From positions 82,460,001 through 82,524,000 of the forward strand of contig OZ024740.1 in NCBI GenBank assembly GCA_964016885.1: DNA of 64,000 bases. The letters run 5' to 3'. The first letter of the stretch is position 1, and every line of letters begins with the position of its first letter. The notes under the pieces were generated by a model, which saw nothing but the letters and a program-made list of their open reading frames with translations, was not told the origin of the DNA and made no database searches. A program made the position numbers and the translations under genes. Positions 12,581-26,679 of the stretch are shown in pieces. This DNA comes from Eledone cirrhosa. Its lineage: Eukaryota.

Positions 12581-14391
12581 TATATATATAGATATATATG
12601 TACATATATATATATATATATATATATACAGAGAGAGAGAGAGAAATGGGTGAAAAAGGGGTATGTGTGTTTTATATATACATATATATATATATATTAA
12701 TTTACACATGTTCGTGTGTGTCGGTGTGCGTAAGTATCCACTCATCTATGTTCGGCGATATCAGCTGGCTTCATCACAACACGTTTTTTTGTTTTTTCTA
12801 GCTACCAAGATTTCTATATTTGTAGATATCATTAATGAAAATAGAAAGGAATAATAATAAATAGTCATTTTATTTTTTGTTTTGTATCCTGTTTTTTTTT
12901 TTAGTATTTCTCTTTAATTTCAAAATCCATCTCTTTTGTTTTAATATAGGATATTGTATATTTACTAATAAATTCACAAAGAAATATTGTTACTATAAAT
13001 ACAATGCTTTGCAGTTACTGTACTGAAGTATCATGAAAAAACCTGATATCTTTGTTGAAAGATTCAAGTAATATCCTCTTAATATTCGAAAGTCTTCAGA
13101 AAAAAGCGTGAATATTGGTTCCTAACGTTTTCTACATGAAATATACATAGAGAAAAATTACTTTTATTTTTCTTATTAACGGCATTTCGTCATGGAATCT
13201 TTAAGACTTTTTACTGTTTTCATTTAAGCGTTTTACATTTCTCCTAGATGTAATTGTTTTAATTTATTGTTGGATCCTGACCACTAATAAACATATATAT
13301 GCAAATTCCTTATACATCGACACAGATTGCAGTGTCAAAGCTAGGTTGAAAGCAAAGCTATGGGTGAAATTACATGTTGAAATTTCAGCTCAGATGTATT
13401 TAAACCGGAAACATGTGGTTGAAAATCAATTTTTTGTTATTGAACGTCAACTCCATTCACGTATTTTATATTACATACCTCAATGACATATGTAACAATC
13501 AAATACATCGATAAACATCATCGATTATAATCACATATAATGTTTATCCCTATTACAATAGATCGGGTAGATTGAAGTAGCTCTAATCTAGCGACGAGTA
13601 AAAAAACATGCCTAGGATTCATATTTCAAAACTTTATATTCAACTATAGTTTCACTTGTGTTACGCAAATAATGTTTTGTCAATTTAAACATGGAGTGGA
13701 AATATACCAAGGGGGCTTATTTTTAGGGTCTCCAAAATAGTGAGGTGTATGTCATTAGGCTAAACGTAAAGAGGGCTTCTAATGTGTGCAACAAAATGAA
13801 TTTACAAGGTGGTGTGTTAATACTTTTAACTAATAATTTAGAAAACAATGAGGAGTACCACATGCGGCAAGATCTCATTCGACGTTTAACTATTTCCTTT
13901 AATTCAACTCAAACCCGGCATGATTCTTAAAAATACTGCTGCAATTATTTCAACATCAATCGCTCATTTTAATACTTACGATACCTTTGAAAACAGCTGT
14001 ACCTGGATATAAAACGAATGTTTGGTAGGGCGCAGTACCAAAGTACATAACGCTGTATCATTTATCCAAATCCCCGTAACTTCCAGAAAGATTTGAACAT
14101 TATTACATACCATGATATATCTTGTATAAAACAATTAGTAGCAAAGAAAATAATATATTTGTTGATAACTTTGATGGAAGAATCGTGTGGAATATTAATA
14201 AAATCCTTTAAAGTATTTAGTTTAAATTATTTCTAAGTAAAGGCAATTATGCATATATGTATATATATATTTATTAAAATAACAGATTAAAGTTTAAGCA
14301 AAGAATCGGTGCTTTCACCCTATCCTTATCGAGCCCTCTTTGGATTTTAGTCTTCAAATTTAGTACTATTACTATCTGTATATATATATAT

Positions 14392-14533
14392 ATTATTTCT
14401 GAAGACGGCGGGTAGTGAAGACGTATGTATTTGTTTCTTACTATCATATTTTGTAATATGTTTTACATAGATCAATAATTGAATGAAGATACAGGGAACT
14501 ACCCCCCCCCCCCAGAAACGATCGTAAAATAAT
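14392..14533 (+). ncRNA. Type I hammerhead ribozyme with long stem II insertion
   Basis: attattt-CTGAAGA-cggcgggtagt...actaccccc...-GAAA-cgatcg-TA-aaataat. 7-bp perfect stem I, palindrome ACGATCGT, ~109 nt between CTGAAGA and GAAA. Confidence 0.75.
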
Positions 14534-14910
14534 GAGTTTTCCTGAGAATTAACGGTTTTGTGTTCAATTTCATTGTTTTAATATTTCTATTTTGACTCTG
14601 TATCCAATTGAATTATATCGTTGAACATTTTGTATTTTAAACTTTGCTTCACGACATCTACATATGGATTACATTGAGTTCTTCATACGGGTTAGACCCT
14701 ACCATTGATTGGTAGATTTATCTGTATATATGTATATATATATACACATTTTAGTACAGCATCATTCGGAATGCAGCTTAGCACTCGATGGTGAATGTTA
14801 CCCCAGAGTTATAACAATACGTTTAGATAGCTTTGAAAATCAAATATAGCGACCTATAGTCTGGCCGCATTGCCAATAGCAACGAAAAAAACTGAATTCA
14901 GTAAAAAAAG

Positions 14911-14958
<48 letters not shown>

Positions 14959-15931
14959 CAGGCATGTACACGGTCAGACAACTATAAACGTATTCCGTTA
15001 AGGATATCGAACATGAAACGTAAGGTTGTGAAAGAAACATATTAACTGCACAGCCAAGCCTGCTCACACATTTCCATTACCTTTGTGCATGTTTCTATGA
15101 CATATGTCCAAATCATTCCTGTGTCGCATATAATCGAACATAACAACCTTAGTTGCTTTGTGCCTATGTTAGAAATCAATATCCTGATAGTTGTTGTATC
15201 GCGCTTCGTCAAATAGAGGTATTATTCCGGTGAATTTACGATATAAAGTATTTTCTCTCCTCGTCGAGGCTTCTATAACGCAGTTTTCTTCTATTTGTCT
15301 TCCTTTTTCTATTAATTATGATTAGGAAACATACATATTCTTGAGTCACTTGAACATCACCTAGCTATTTCATATAATAACGTTGTGCATATGACTTTCT
15401 GATATAACATAAGCAGAGGATGATTTAGTACGTCATGATCTGCGATATCCTAGAATAAAACCAGTTTCAATTGAAATGTATAAAGATTAAAATTTCATTT
15501 GAGAGATATTTAACGACGAATAAAATATCTGATTGACAATGGCGTGCAGTTTTTTTTAAATAGAATTGTACAGTCGTTTTCCAGACTGAGGTCGAGACAT
15601 ACACTCACAAATATATGGGCAACACACACATATATAGGCAGCACACATAGAGAGAGTGTGTTGACCGATATGGCAGGGCAATCACGTTGTCGCAGACACA
15701 GCCCCGAAGGATTTTGAAGCTACATGTGTGAGATATTTATATTCGTTTAGTTCCTAGAACATGTGTAGTTAATTCATAGCTACATTGCTCATTACACAAG
15801 TCCAAGAACCATGATTCGCTTACACACCTCCTAGAATTATATACGTTTGACTTCCATCGTGGAAATATGATTGTTGTAGAGGGTAAATATCTAAATTCTG
15901 TCAATTTCTTTTAGATAAGAATACTCCGATT

Positions 15932-15981
<50 letters not shown>

Positions 15982-18057
15982 CGTCAATACTCATCTTTTT
16001 CCATTTATCTGAGGGTTCTAAACCCCGTTATCAAGCTAAAATTCCTTTAGTCAAAAATACGGTGAAAGCTATATATTTTCTAATTTAAAACTCGCTCACT
16101 GTTTCAAAACATACTTACTTGATATATATATATATATATATATATAATCATCATTATCATACTCCTCCCCCTCATCATCATCATCATCATCATCATCGTT
16201 TGCATATCCATTTTTTCTATGCTTGAACTGGACGGGTCCATCTCAGCAATGCATCTCGTCGCGATTCTTTGCCTTGAAAATCCAACGGAGAATAGTTGTT
16301 TTATTTTTCTCCAGTCTACACATGTCATCTGCCGTCACAGCCCATGTTTCAGTACCATGCAATATCGCACTTCTCATACAAGCGTCATACAGTCATCCCT
16401 TTGTACGTAGGGAGAAATATTTTGTTGAACGTTTTCCATCCTATCCTTATTCTAGCTCTTATACTTGCAAAGTTCCTTCGCCCCAGCACACATATGTTGA
16501 GTGAGTCGAACGATACAACCTAGCAATCACGATTCCACAGGCATAGCACCGAACTCTTTTGAACATCTACATATTTTCATTGCTATCACCTATTTCTGTG
16601 AGTCAGACCTGTGATTGGAATACGTTTACATCAGTTGGTCTCTTCTCCTCCGTTACCTCTGTGCATCTTCTACGAACACAATCTTCCCTTCCTGTTAGTC
16701 TACCCGTTAAAACACTAGATCTCTTGTATAACTAAGATTTACATTGTTGTATCGTATGGAATTTATGCCTACTCCCTTTCTACATATTGAGCAGAGCCAC
16801 ATATGCCTGTCAGTGTGCATATGTATAGATTAATTTATATATACGCACAAATACCCACGTGTGCACAACACGCACGTTCACTCAACAACTGCAAATGTCA
16901 GTGTGGGTACTCACGTTTATTTCTCTGTATCGAAGCGTCTAACCGCCCATATTTTACATTCTCGATAGCCAATATGACGTTTACACGTTAAGTGTTAGGT
17001 TCTATATAAACCACATACCTACAGGATTATTTATCATTCAATGTTTTCTGAAAATTAACTTTTTAGCCTTGCCACTCTGCAATTTCCTTTGAGGTAAAGT
17101 AATGATTAATATTCACATATTAATTAAACATTATATAATAAGTTGTGATCCTGTTTATTGAATTATGGAAAAAAAATGTTTTCGAAACATCTGATCACCA
17201 TTCGATATTATTACATATTTTTTTTATTGATAAACGAGAAGTTGATGGCATGAGGCATGCGAAGGTGAATCGATGAATCGGGATTTACAAAAAGTGTGAA
17301 TAAAATCAGTTTCGATTCGTAGTTAGAAGGTTTGTTTCGTATCAGATAACCTTGTGTAGTTAAAACGTTTGCTAGGCAACGGCAAAGCTTGAGGATCGAT
17401 AACACACACACACACACACACACACTAAAACCCAGGCATACGTACACACATATACACAGAACAGACACTTACACATACAGATAAATGTATTTATAAAAGT
17501 ATAACACAATGCATCAGTAAGTGCTTGATCTAGTCGTTATATTTAATATTGAATTTGCTGTTCATTCGTTGAAATATTACAAGCGATATACATCTTTATA
17601 CTTTTTGAGTTCAAATCATATATCCTAGAGAATTCATCGTTTATTTTTATACTATATTATATTATATTAGATCATATATATATATATATTAGATCATATA
17701 TATATATATATATATTCGTGAGTTTTATATCCAATTTATATTCTCAAAAAATCGTAATTACGGTGTGTGTTTTACACGACCATCGTCATCCTTTTTAACT
17801 AGCGGTGACAGAGAGAAACAATCGACGATGATATTGTTTCTAAATGATTGCCCATTGTCAAGATCTTTGTGTCTCCTTTCTCTGTCACACACTAGAAAAA
17901 AAGTATGGCGATTGTCGCCTAAAACACACGAATAGGATATTATTATCATCCGATATAAAACACCTGAATATATTTTCGTATCCGCTGTTACAGTGAAACT
18001 ATTTTTTTTTTTTTTTTTTTTTTCTGTCTATATATAAATTTAGATAATAATATTGAT

Positions 18058-18240
18058 AATAATTGTTTCTACATTCGGCACAAGGCCAGCAATTATAACA
18101 GTGTATTACTGGTACTTTATTTTATCGACCCCGTAAGGATGAAAGGCAAAGTTAACCTCGGCGGGATTTGAACTCAGACTATAAAGGGCCGTAATTCTTT
18201 GCTGCAAAGCATGGCATCAGACCCTCTACCGATACTGCCA
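18058..18240 (-). mobile_element. tRNA-derived SINE
   Basis: Reverse complement of the family (ggatttgaactcag). Confidence 0.85.
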
Positions 18241-18268
18241 ATAATAAAATACACACACACACATATAC

Positions 18269-18385
<117 letters not shown>

Positions 18386-19545
18386 CGTCGGTGTGTGTGC
18401 GTGAGTGAGTGTGCAGATGTCAAAAGTGAATGGTCTCCGACATGGCAAATGTGCAGTTACTGAAAACTTCTCACCACTGCCAATACGTTTTATTCACGCT
18501 TACCAATCTCTATCAACGCCTACATAATAGTTTCATTAACGAGATAAGACTTATATTTCCTAATTAACTTCTCGAAATATAACACTAAACCTCTTATGAA
18601 AAATACGAACTCATTGAGTGATAGTTTGAAAATTGATTTCCGTTATTGGCACAAGATCTTACAATCTTTGAAGCTGTCGTCTTCCTATCGAATTGTTATT
18701 TATTTTGAACTTTTGTAAATCACACAGAAATAATTGTATGTATTTGCTTCTTTTCAAACGTGCTGTTTGTTCTGCTTGCTCAATGATGTGTTGTTAAACA
18801 CAAACTCTTATGTAAAGGGTTGTAATATATTTTGACATCATTTTTGTTCTATTTAGCATTTTAGCATAGCAATGCAGAAATATATCAAACAAATGACCTA
18901 TTCCATTGAGGCCTCTATTCAGAAATATTTACTAATCTGGTCAATTTAATAATCCCTTAACATAAACATCAGTGATTCGTGTAAATGGATTGTGATATAT
19001 TTTAGAGTTAGTTATGCTCGAATTTTAATGATATCCTATTTGCAATTCAAATGATCGAAGAAATAAGAATTACTCCAGCATTGTAGTTGCTAAATTTAGC
19101 TCTCTCAAAATAGCAACGATGTTGTCTTTTCTTGTCTACGTGAAAATATAAGGAATTATAAATTTCGTTTTTATTCATATTTACTTATAGCAGGAATTAA
19201 ATTAGAACATTATGGTGGAATGTAATTAGCAATCCGTTTTTCACGGCTCATCTCCTCATTTCTTAACCGTATGAATTTTAACAAAAAGATACTACCCAAA
19301 AATGATGTAAAGCCGATCGACGTCTGGAGTTAGCCGGTTGATGACCAACTTATTTACATTAAATATACAAATTGATGATAAACGAATATTTATAGAATAA
19401 TTGAGGAGAGAAAAGAGATGTGAAACATTAATCAAATGATATCAAGCTGTTATTCGCTCTTGCCCTTAATCTTTGTATATTCTGCAGTTTTTAATATATA
19501 TGTATAAGTGAAAAAATTATTACGAAAAAGCTTGTGAACCCTTGC

Positions 19546-19583
<38 letters not shown>

Positions 19584-19905
19584 TAATCGGTCATTACTTG
19601 GCAATTCTGTGACAAGTAGTCACTGATGTCAAAATCTGTTACATCACTATTCATCGAAAAAAAAGAATGCTACTGCCGATGACGTAATTGTGTGTGTATA
19701 TATATATATATATATATACACGAGCACTCCCCCCCCCCCACACACACACAACATATATATATATATTTAAATGTGGGGTTGGGCGTGAACATTTTTCTGT
19801 TATTTTTTCTGTGCAAAATAAGCGTGTATAGTTTTATACTGAATATTTATATGACAGCAATGTATAATAATATAATATAGAAAACGATTTGTTTTACGCG
19901 GGCTG

Positions 19906-20078
19906 TAATAATTGTTTCTCTTTTTGGCACAAGGCCAGACATTTTGTCAGTGAATTACTGGTTCTTTATTTTATCGAACCCGTAAGAATGAAAGTTAAGC
20001 TCGGCTGGATTTGAACTCAGAACGTAATGGGCTGAAGCTTTATGCTGAAAGCATAGCGTCAGATGCTCTACCGATGCT
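19906..20078 (-). mobile_element. tRNA-derived SINE, diverged
   Basis: Reverse complement of the family. Confidence 0.8.
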
Positions 20079-20650
20079 ACGTTTATGCTTGTGTTTTGGC
20101 GCTTGCTGTATTATCCGCGAGATACTACAGCAAATGTCAGAACACAAAGCTTGAAAGTGTTCTTTAAATTCGAGTCATTTTGATATATTGATTTACTTTA
20201 TTGATATATTAATTTACTTTATTGATATTAGATCACACATTTGCAAGGGGGAAAGTTAGTCGATTCACTCAACTAGATACGTAATCACAGATTATTTTTT
20301 GGTTTTCAAAATCAGGAGTTGGATTTCCAAATGCAATTGTAATGATTCTCTATATTCTTTTTGTATACTATGCATGTAAATACCCTTTCGAATTCTGAAT
20401 GATAAAGATATTCAGGATTTCTAATTCTGATAGAGAATTATTCATATTTACGGATACTAAATGGCAGAAAGTAGTTATGTATTTGTATGCTCAACAGATT
20501 GTCACGATCTGCATTTCACTCACGCCAACCCTTTTTTATGTATCAAGGTCTTCGTCAATATTCAAAATAGGTATGAATTCATATAATTCCATTCACCTTG
20601 CCAAATTGAAAAAAATGCAATGAGCATCTAATTTCCCAATAGCTAAGAAT

Positions 20651-20734
20651 TCTTCTTCTTCTTCTTCTTCTTCTTCTTCTTCTTCTTCTTCTTCTTCTTC
20701 TTCTTCTTCTTCTTCTTCTTCTTCTTCTTCTTCT
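20651..20734. repeat. (CTT)n microsatellite
   Basis: Direct reading. Confidence 0.95.
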
Positions 20735-22089
20735 ACATGACAGTGCCACATCATCATTGTTAATGTTTTACACAGTACATATGATAAATACTCGTCCCCT
20801 ATCTATCAAGTATCAACAGTTACTCAAGATACAGTACTTTCTGATATATCTGCTTGAACATCGTGATTTTCGCGCCTGGAAAGACGATTCCTGTCGATGG
20901 CGTTCAGTACTTTAGAAAATAAAAACTTTCCGAATAAATGTTTCTGCTCATATTGTTTTGAGGACTTCGGGGCATTTATTTACTATCAACCACAAACTTG
21001 TTCAGGCTTTATACATCTATCCTCACAGTAATCTTTGTTTTTCAGCACTTCCTATGCATGATTTTACTTGAAATATTCCCTGTAAGCTTCTGTCTGTCTA
21101 TATATATTTCCATCACCTTCAGTGCTTCTCTACGTTCTCAAATTATCCTTTTGTCCATTTTTTTGTTCCTGCACTATATTCGATGATGAATGCTGCTCGT
21201 GGCGCTGAATATATTCATACAACTTTGTTAGAATTTTAATACAGATTTTTACTCTTCAGAGGTATACTCTAATTTTATTTTTCATTACTCTCATGTTTTA
21301 TAACATAAGCTTCGAATCCTGTTTCCATATATTTATATTCTTCATCTGTGACAATATCGCAGATCTCTTCTTCGTTTTTTACATTAATCCCTTTACTTTT
21401 CCGGTAGTTGCCTATCTCTATACTAGGATTTCACAATTGGAAATACAAAACACCGTGATTATATGAATACGAATTACTCTCATAAACATGACTGGCGGAA
21501 CATGCTGTTTCTCATAATTGCCATATACATTCAGTTCTTCTAAGAAACCCAATTTGTTTACACGCTTGTTATATTTTCAACTCTTTCCAGACGGAAAGTA
21601 TCAGACAGTTGGAACCGTCTGAGTAGGTTTGCGAAGCGTTTATTCCCTCTTACCCTATCCGCTACGCCCACACACTTCTAGCATGCATCCAAGATCCCTT
21701 TTCTGTAGCCACTAACACTAAAGTGCTGGACATTCCTAGAAAAGTCTCCAGTCGCCGGAAGAAATCAGGCCGTCCTGCCCCCGAGAGACATAGATGGCTA
21801 GCAGCCAGAAAGTCTGCCCTTCTTCGCTGGTCAAGTCCAGCACCACCAATTTACCATCTGGTTCCAAGAAGGTGGCTGGTACCTCCAGATCCAGACCTTT
21901 CAGAAACAACAGAATTACTCCTCTTCCAGGCCCAGAAAGCCTTGGGGATGCTTACACCTCGAATCTCCCTCTGTCTCAGTGTGGGTTTCTAAACGAGATT
22001 ATCAGAATATATCCTCTTAGAAAAGATTCCCTCTACCTCGCGAGGACGCACCTCTCTGCAGAGAGGAGAACCCAAGAGGCGCTCTTGAT

Positions 22090-22920
22090 AGAAATAAAGA
22101 AAATGGGAACGAAAATCAGGAAACGTTTGACCTCTTATAAAATACAACACCGAAAATCAGATGTGGAATGTTTCTATCTCTCTAGACAAAACCGAGGACG
22201 AGGACTGATCCAGCCTGAACTGTCATGCAAAATACCAAACATTAAAGTCAATAAGTACCTTAAAACTACAGAAGAATGGATGACGAAAATTGTTGCAGAT
22301 CACGAAATGAAGATGTTACATTCAGTCACAAAGAAAGAAGAGGTTACATTCAGTTACAATCTCTTTGCTAACGCCTTGGCTAAAATCTTGACCTCTGCGT
22401 TTAGCAGAGTTATGGGCCTGAAATTATCTATAACGTCCCCCTTGTTTGGGTCTTTTCTCAGTAGCGCCACTGCTCTCTGGCTCACAAAACTGGGAATGCC
22501 CCCGTTTTGCTGCCAGTTGCAGTAGACATTTGCCAAGAGGTCTTGTGAGAGATGATCATCCAGTGCGACCATGTTATCTTGACTAGAAAGCTTGACATTG
22601 TTGTAGAAAAAAAGAATAACAAGGCATATATTATGGATATTGCTTCACCGTGAGACCATTGGTTGAATGCGAAGGGAAGTGAGAAAGTTGAGAAATACCA
22701 GAAGCTGAAGAGAGAAATCAACAAATTGTGGAGAATGAGACATGTAGAAGTGGTACAGATTGTGTTTGTTGCACTGGGATTATTTAGTAGAATGTTGAAT
22801 GCATGGTTTCAGAAGCTAGGAATTACTATCAGGATAGGATTGTTGCAGAAAACAGCGTTGCTGAGAACAGCAACAATTTTAAGAATGTTGTTGGAAAGTT
22901 GAAGGAAGAGGAGTGACTCA
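22090..22920 (+). mobile_element. R4/Dong-type non-LTR retrotransposon 3' fragments (post-RT region and restriction-like endonuclease), interrupted at 22354-22545
   Basis: QHRKSDVECFYLSRQNRGRGL, then KLDIVV...IMDIASP and EKVEKYQKLKREINKLW...VVQIVFVALG...LQKTALLRTATILR. Confidence 0.75.
22354..22545 (-). mobile_element. Inverted L1/Tx1 RT fragment
   Basis: VYCNWQQNGGIP...LLRKDPNKGDVIDNFRPITLLNAEVKILAKALAKRL. The start matches VYCNWQQNGRI of the element at 31177-34307. Confidence 0.85.
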
Positions 22921-22935
22921 AATGACCGTTGGTAG

Positions 22936-24400
22936 GGCTCTGATTAATGTAGATCAATTCAACGCTTTCGATAGGGTCGACCATCGATACATGGACTCTG
23001 TTCTCAAGGCAGCTTGCAAAACACAGTGACATCTGCCAGGTGGTCAAAGTTAAGAGTCATCGTTCGGAACCCTTTCAAATACCCATACGCTGCGTCAAGG
23101 GTGTGCCCTCTCTGCTCCCGTCTGTACTGCGGCATCTGGAGTAGATGTAGGCCATCTAGCTCGAAACGAAACTTGGAAAGGCTGTGTCGGCATATGCGGA
23201 CGACATAACCGAGATGTTGTCGAGCACCTCAGAAATTGAGGGGGTCGGCACTTATCTGGAAAAATATGAAAGGTTGACGGGAGTAAAAGTAAACCAGAAA
23301 TATCGGTGGGCATCCTGCTCGGCAACTAGAGAGGAAAATCCATGCAGTTCATCATACTCTGGATGGACGGACCGATATCGCTGCATGGGGCTTGGATTGG
23401 ACCAGATATCCGGGTGAATAAGAATTGGGACGAGGTTACGAGCGGGTTAGCTACTCTCACCCAGAAATGGTCCAAGTGGAAGCTGTCCCCGGAAGTTCGG
23501 GTGGAGGTGTCGAATGCATACATCACGCCCGTTATCTACTATCTCCTGATCATTCAGCCTTGCCCCCGTTTACACCTCGCCAAATTGGCACGGCACCTCT
23601 TCAACTTCTTGTAGAGAAAACGGGTTCGTTCGTGAGGTTGTCCATCTTTTTCCAGCACCCTCTACGTGGAGGACTGTGCATATCCAGATATTCTTCCTGA
23701 ACCTTCAACTGATTGTGACACAAGCCATTCTGCAGCTCGCCTCATTGATTGGCCTGCAGCCCTGGGTCAAGACAAAACCGAAACTGGACGAGTGGAAGCT
23801 GAAATGATTCCAGGCGCTCACACCCTTCTATAAAGCATCTGAAATGATTCCAGCCGCTCACACCTTTCTATCAGGCGGGCAATGTGCCCAGTCGAACTTC
23901 CACTCTCGTGTTCTATAGAGCTGTGTTCTGGTGAGCAGGTGTAATGACGAGGCTCGACGAATTCAAACTGGCACAAAGAAATGACAGCCGGTGACTATGG
24001 ATATCCCCCGGGAACCTTTCACTTGACAGCGTTACTGTTGGCAGATTGTTGGTTCAAGATAAAATCTACAGGTAGAGAAGTGCTGTCACACAAACCTGCC
24101 CGTGATGTGCGATCGCCCCACCGCCTTTTTTGGAGTATGCGCCTGTAGGCTGGTTGTTTTGAGGATTAGAGGAGCACCCTTCTCGGGTGCTCTCGGAGCA
24201 TCGGGTGGTTCAGAATTAGTGGGTTACTGTGTCATCCCTGATCGGTTCTACCCACTGTTTGGGAACTTTCATTGCTACGATTATGTTTATTCTTTTCGTT
24301 CTCATATTGTTTAAACGATTTTCTGTAAAGCCCCCACTAAACCGTCTATGCTATTGCTTCTTTATCCTCTGAAGAAATTATTATTATTTTTATTATTTGT
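22936..24400 (+). pseudogene. Decayed L1/Tx1 ORF2 3' half
   Basis: ALINVDQFNAFDRVDH, SAYADDIT and NWDEVTSGLATLTQKW are collinear with the copy at 32645-34307. Ends in (TTA)n. Confidence 0.85.
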
Positions 24401-24431
24401 GTGAGAATTATTATTATTATTATTATTATTA

Positions 24432-26670
24432 CTTGTGTGAGAACAATTTACGAAGTCTCAACGCCATATTCCAAAAAAGACCAGGCCAGCGGTGGAGACA
24501 CAAATCTCCAAATGGCGACAAGACACAACTGGATTATATCATAATCAATCGAAAATGGAAGAACATGTTAGTGTTGACTCGGCCAAGATACAATTAAGTC
24601 TCTCTAAAAAGAAATCTGCAAATGCTACTCCTTACAACTGGGCAGTTCTGAATACCAATCCTGAGACTTACAAAACATTTGTAACCCAACTGAACAACCG
24701 ATTTGCTGCCCTACAAGACTCTGCGCCAACAAAATCGTCAAATTCTACGTTTAACCACTTTCAAATGGCATTCAAAGAGGAAGCGACCGACACCATCCCT
24801 TTAAAATGCAAGGTTCAAAAACGAAAAGCCTGGGAAACAGAGAGGATACACCAAAAGCGCAAAGAGTTGCGAAAAGCTGCAGAATTGAAACAATCTCAAC
24901 GATCTCCAGAAAACATTAGTAACTTCAATGTTGCTTGTACAGCACTGAAAAGTGAGTATGAAATTGAGCAAACGGAATATATGCAGAAAAAGATCAATCA
25001 TATCTCAAGTACTGTCAGCAATAAGAGGTCTGCTGAAGCTAGGAAAATTGTCAATGAAACTAGTGCAGAAAAAGTAGTGACAGAGCCAAACTGAAAGCCT
25101 CCAGCCAAGACGAACGTTTAAAACTGTGGCAACATTTTCAGAACCTACTTGGGAAAGCACCACAGATCATCGAAGAAGAAATAATACCCGTTTTTACAGA
25201 GGAACACCAAATACAGAAAGGTCCTTTCACTATGGAGGAACTACAGAAGGCAGTGAGAATTATTGGTAACGTAAAAGCGTGCGAACTCGACGAGATCGCA
25301 GCTGAAGTGTGGAAGGTACCTGAATTTCACCCATATAATCAAGACCCGATAGAGAAATGGACTGAGCGATGCATACTCCCTTTTCCCAAACAGGGCGATC
25401 TTGGAATGGCTAAAAACTACCGTGGCATAACACTAATGGCAATTGCCGCAAAGATATACAATCTCATGTTGCTTAACCTGTCATTGACCCCTTGCTGAGA
25501 GAAAACCAAAATGGCTTCCGCACCAACAGATCAACATCAGGGTAAATACTTACTATTCGGCGTATCTTGGAAGGCGTAAAAGCCAAAAAGCTCCCAGCAA
25601 CTCTCCTGTTTATTGATTTTTCAAAAGCATTCGATTCCTTCCATCGTGGGAGGATGAGAGAGATACTTCTAGCCAAAGGAAACAGTAAATGCCATCATGA
25701 TTTTATATAAAAACACCCGCGCAATGGTGTGCTCATCTGATGGATATACCAACTTCTTTGACATCATTGCAGGAGTACTCTTGCACTATTTTTTTCATCT
25801 GCCTCGACTATGTATTGAGAAAATCCCTGGACGATAATTTTGAGCTTGGGTTCACTCTCACAAAGCGAAAGTGTAGACGCCATGCAGCTCAGAAAATCAC
25901 CGATGCTGATTATGCTAATGATTTAGCGGTCCTCGCTGACTACTTTAAGGATGCAACATCACTATTTCACAGCATCGAATCAGTTGCAAAGGAAATCGGA
26001 CTCTATGTCAACGCAGGCAAAACAGAATATATTTGCCTAAACTAAGAATCCTCAGTTGGTATGCGAAGTCTAAACGGCGAAATAATCAAGCAAGTTGACG
26101 ACTTCAAATACTCGGGTAACTATATCGCCTCCACAGAATATGATGTTTACATCAGACTGGGAAAATCCTGGGGAGCATTGAATGCAATGGAAAAAATATG
26201 GAAATCAAACCTGCTGGCCAAACTGAAAAGGAATTTCTTCAGAGCTTCTGTTAAATCTGTGCTTGTTTATGGCTCTATCACTTCGACGCTAACGTCAAAA
26301 CTGGAGAAAAAGCTAGACGGGGCATACACACTTATGCTCCGTACGGCTTTAAACGTATCGTGGAGGGAACACCCAACACATAAGTATCTCTATGGCAATA
26401 TACCACCCATCAGCAAGTCAATACGTAAACAGAGACTCAGATTTGTTGACCATTGTTGGCGCAGCAGGGAAGAAATAGCAGGTGATGTATTGCTATGGAG
26501 TCCATCTCATGGAGCAAGAAACGCTGGTCGTCCCAAGAAGACATACGTCAGGCAACTTGAGGACGATAATGGATGCACTGCGGAGGAACTGGCAAACGCT
26601 ATGAGAGCCAGAGATGGATAGAGGAAACGTGTCGTAGAAGGCCGAGCAAGCTCGCCCTGATGATGATGAT
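24432..26670 (+). pseudogene. RTE-type LINE, 5'-truncated and frameshifted
   Basis: APE C-terminus (QLDYIIINRKWK), PFPKQGDL...NYRGITL, FIDFSKAFDS, DYANDL, DDFKYSG, QRLRFVDHCWR...GRPKKTY; (TGA)n tail at 26658-26670. Confidence 0.88.
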
Positions 26671-26679
26671 TTGTTTATA

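Noticed and set aside
13060-13102. Other isolated CTGAAGA/CTGATGA hits (here, ~21255 and ~61337)
   Set aside because: No compatible stem I, II or III.
26657-26670. CTGATGA motif
   Set aside because: Part of the RTE (TGA)n tail with no downstream HHR stems.
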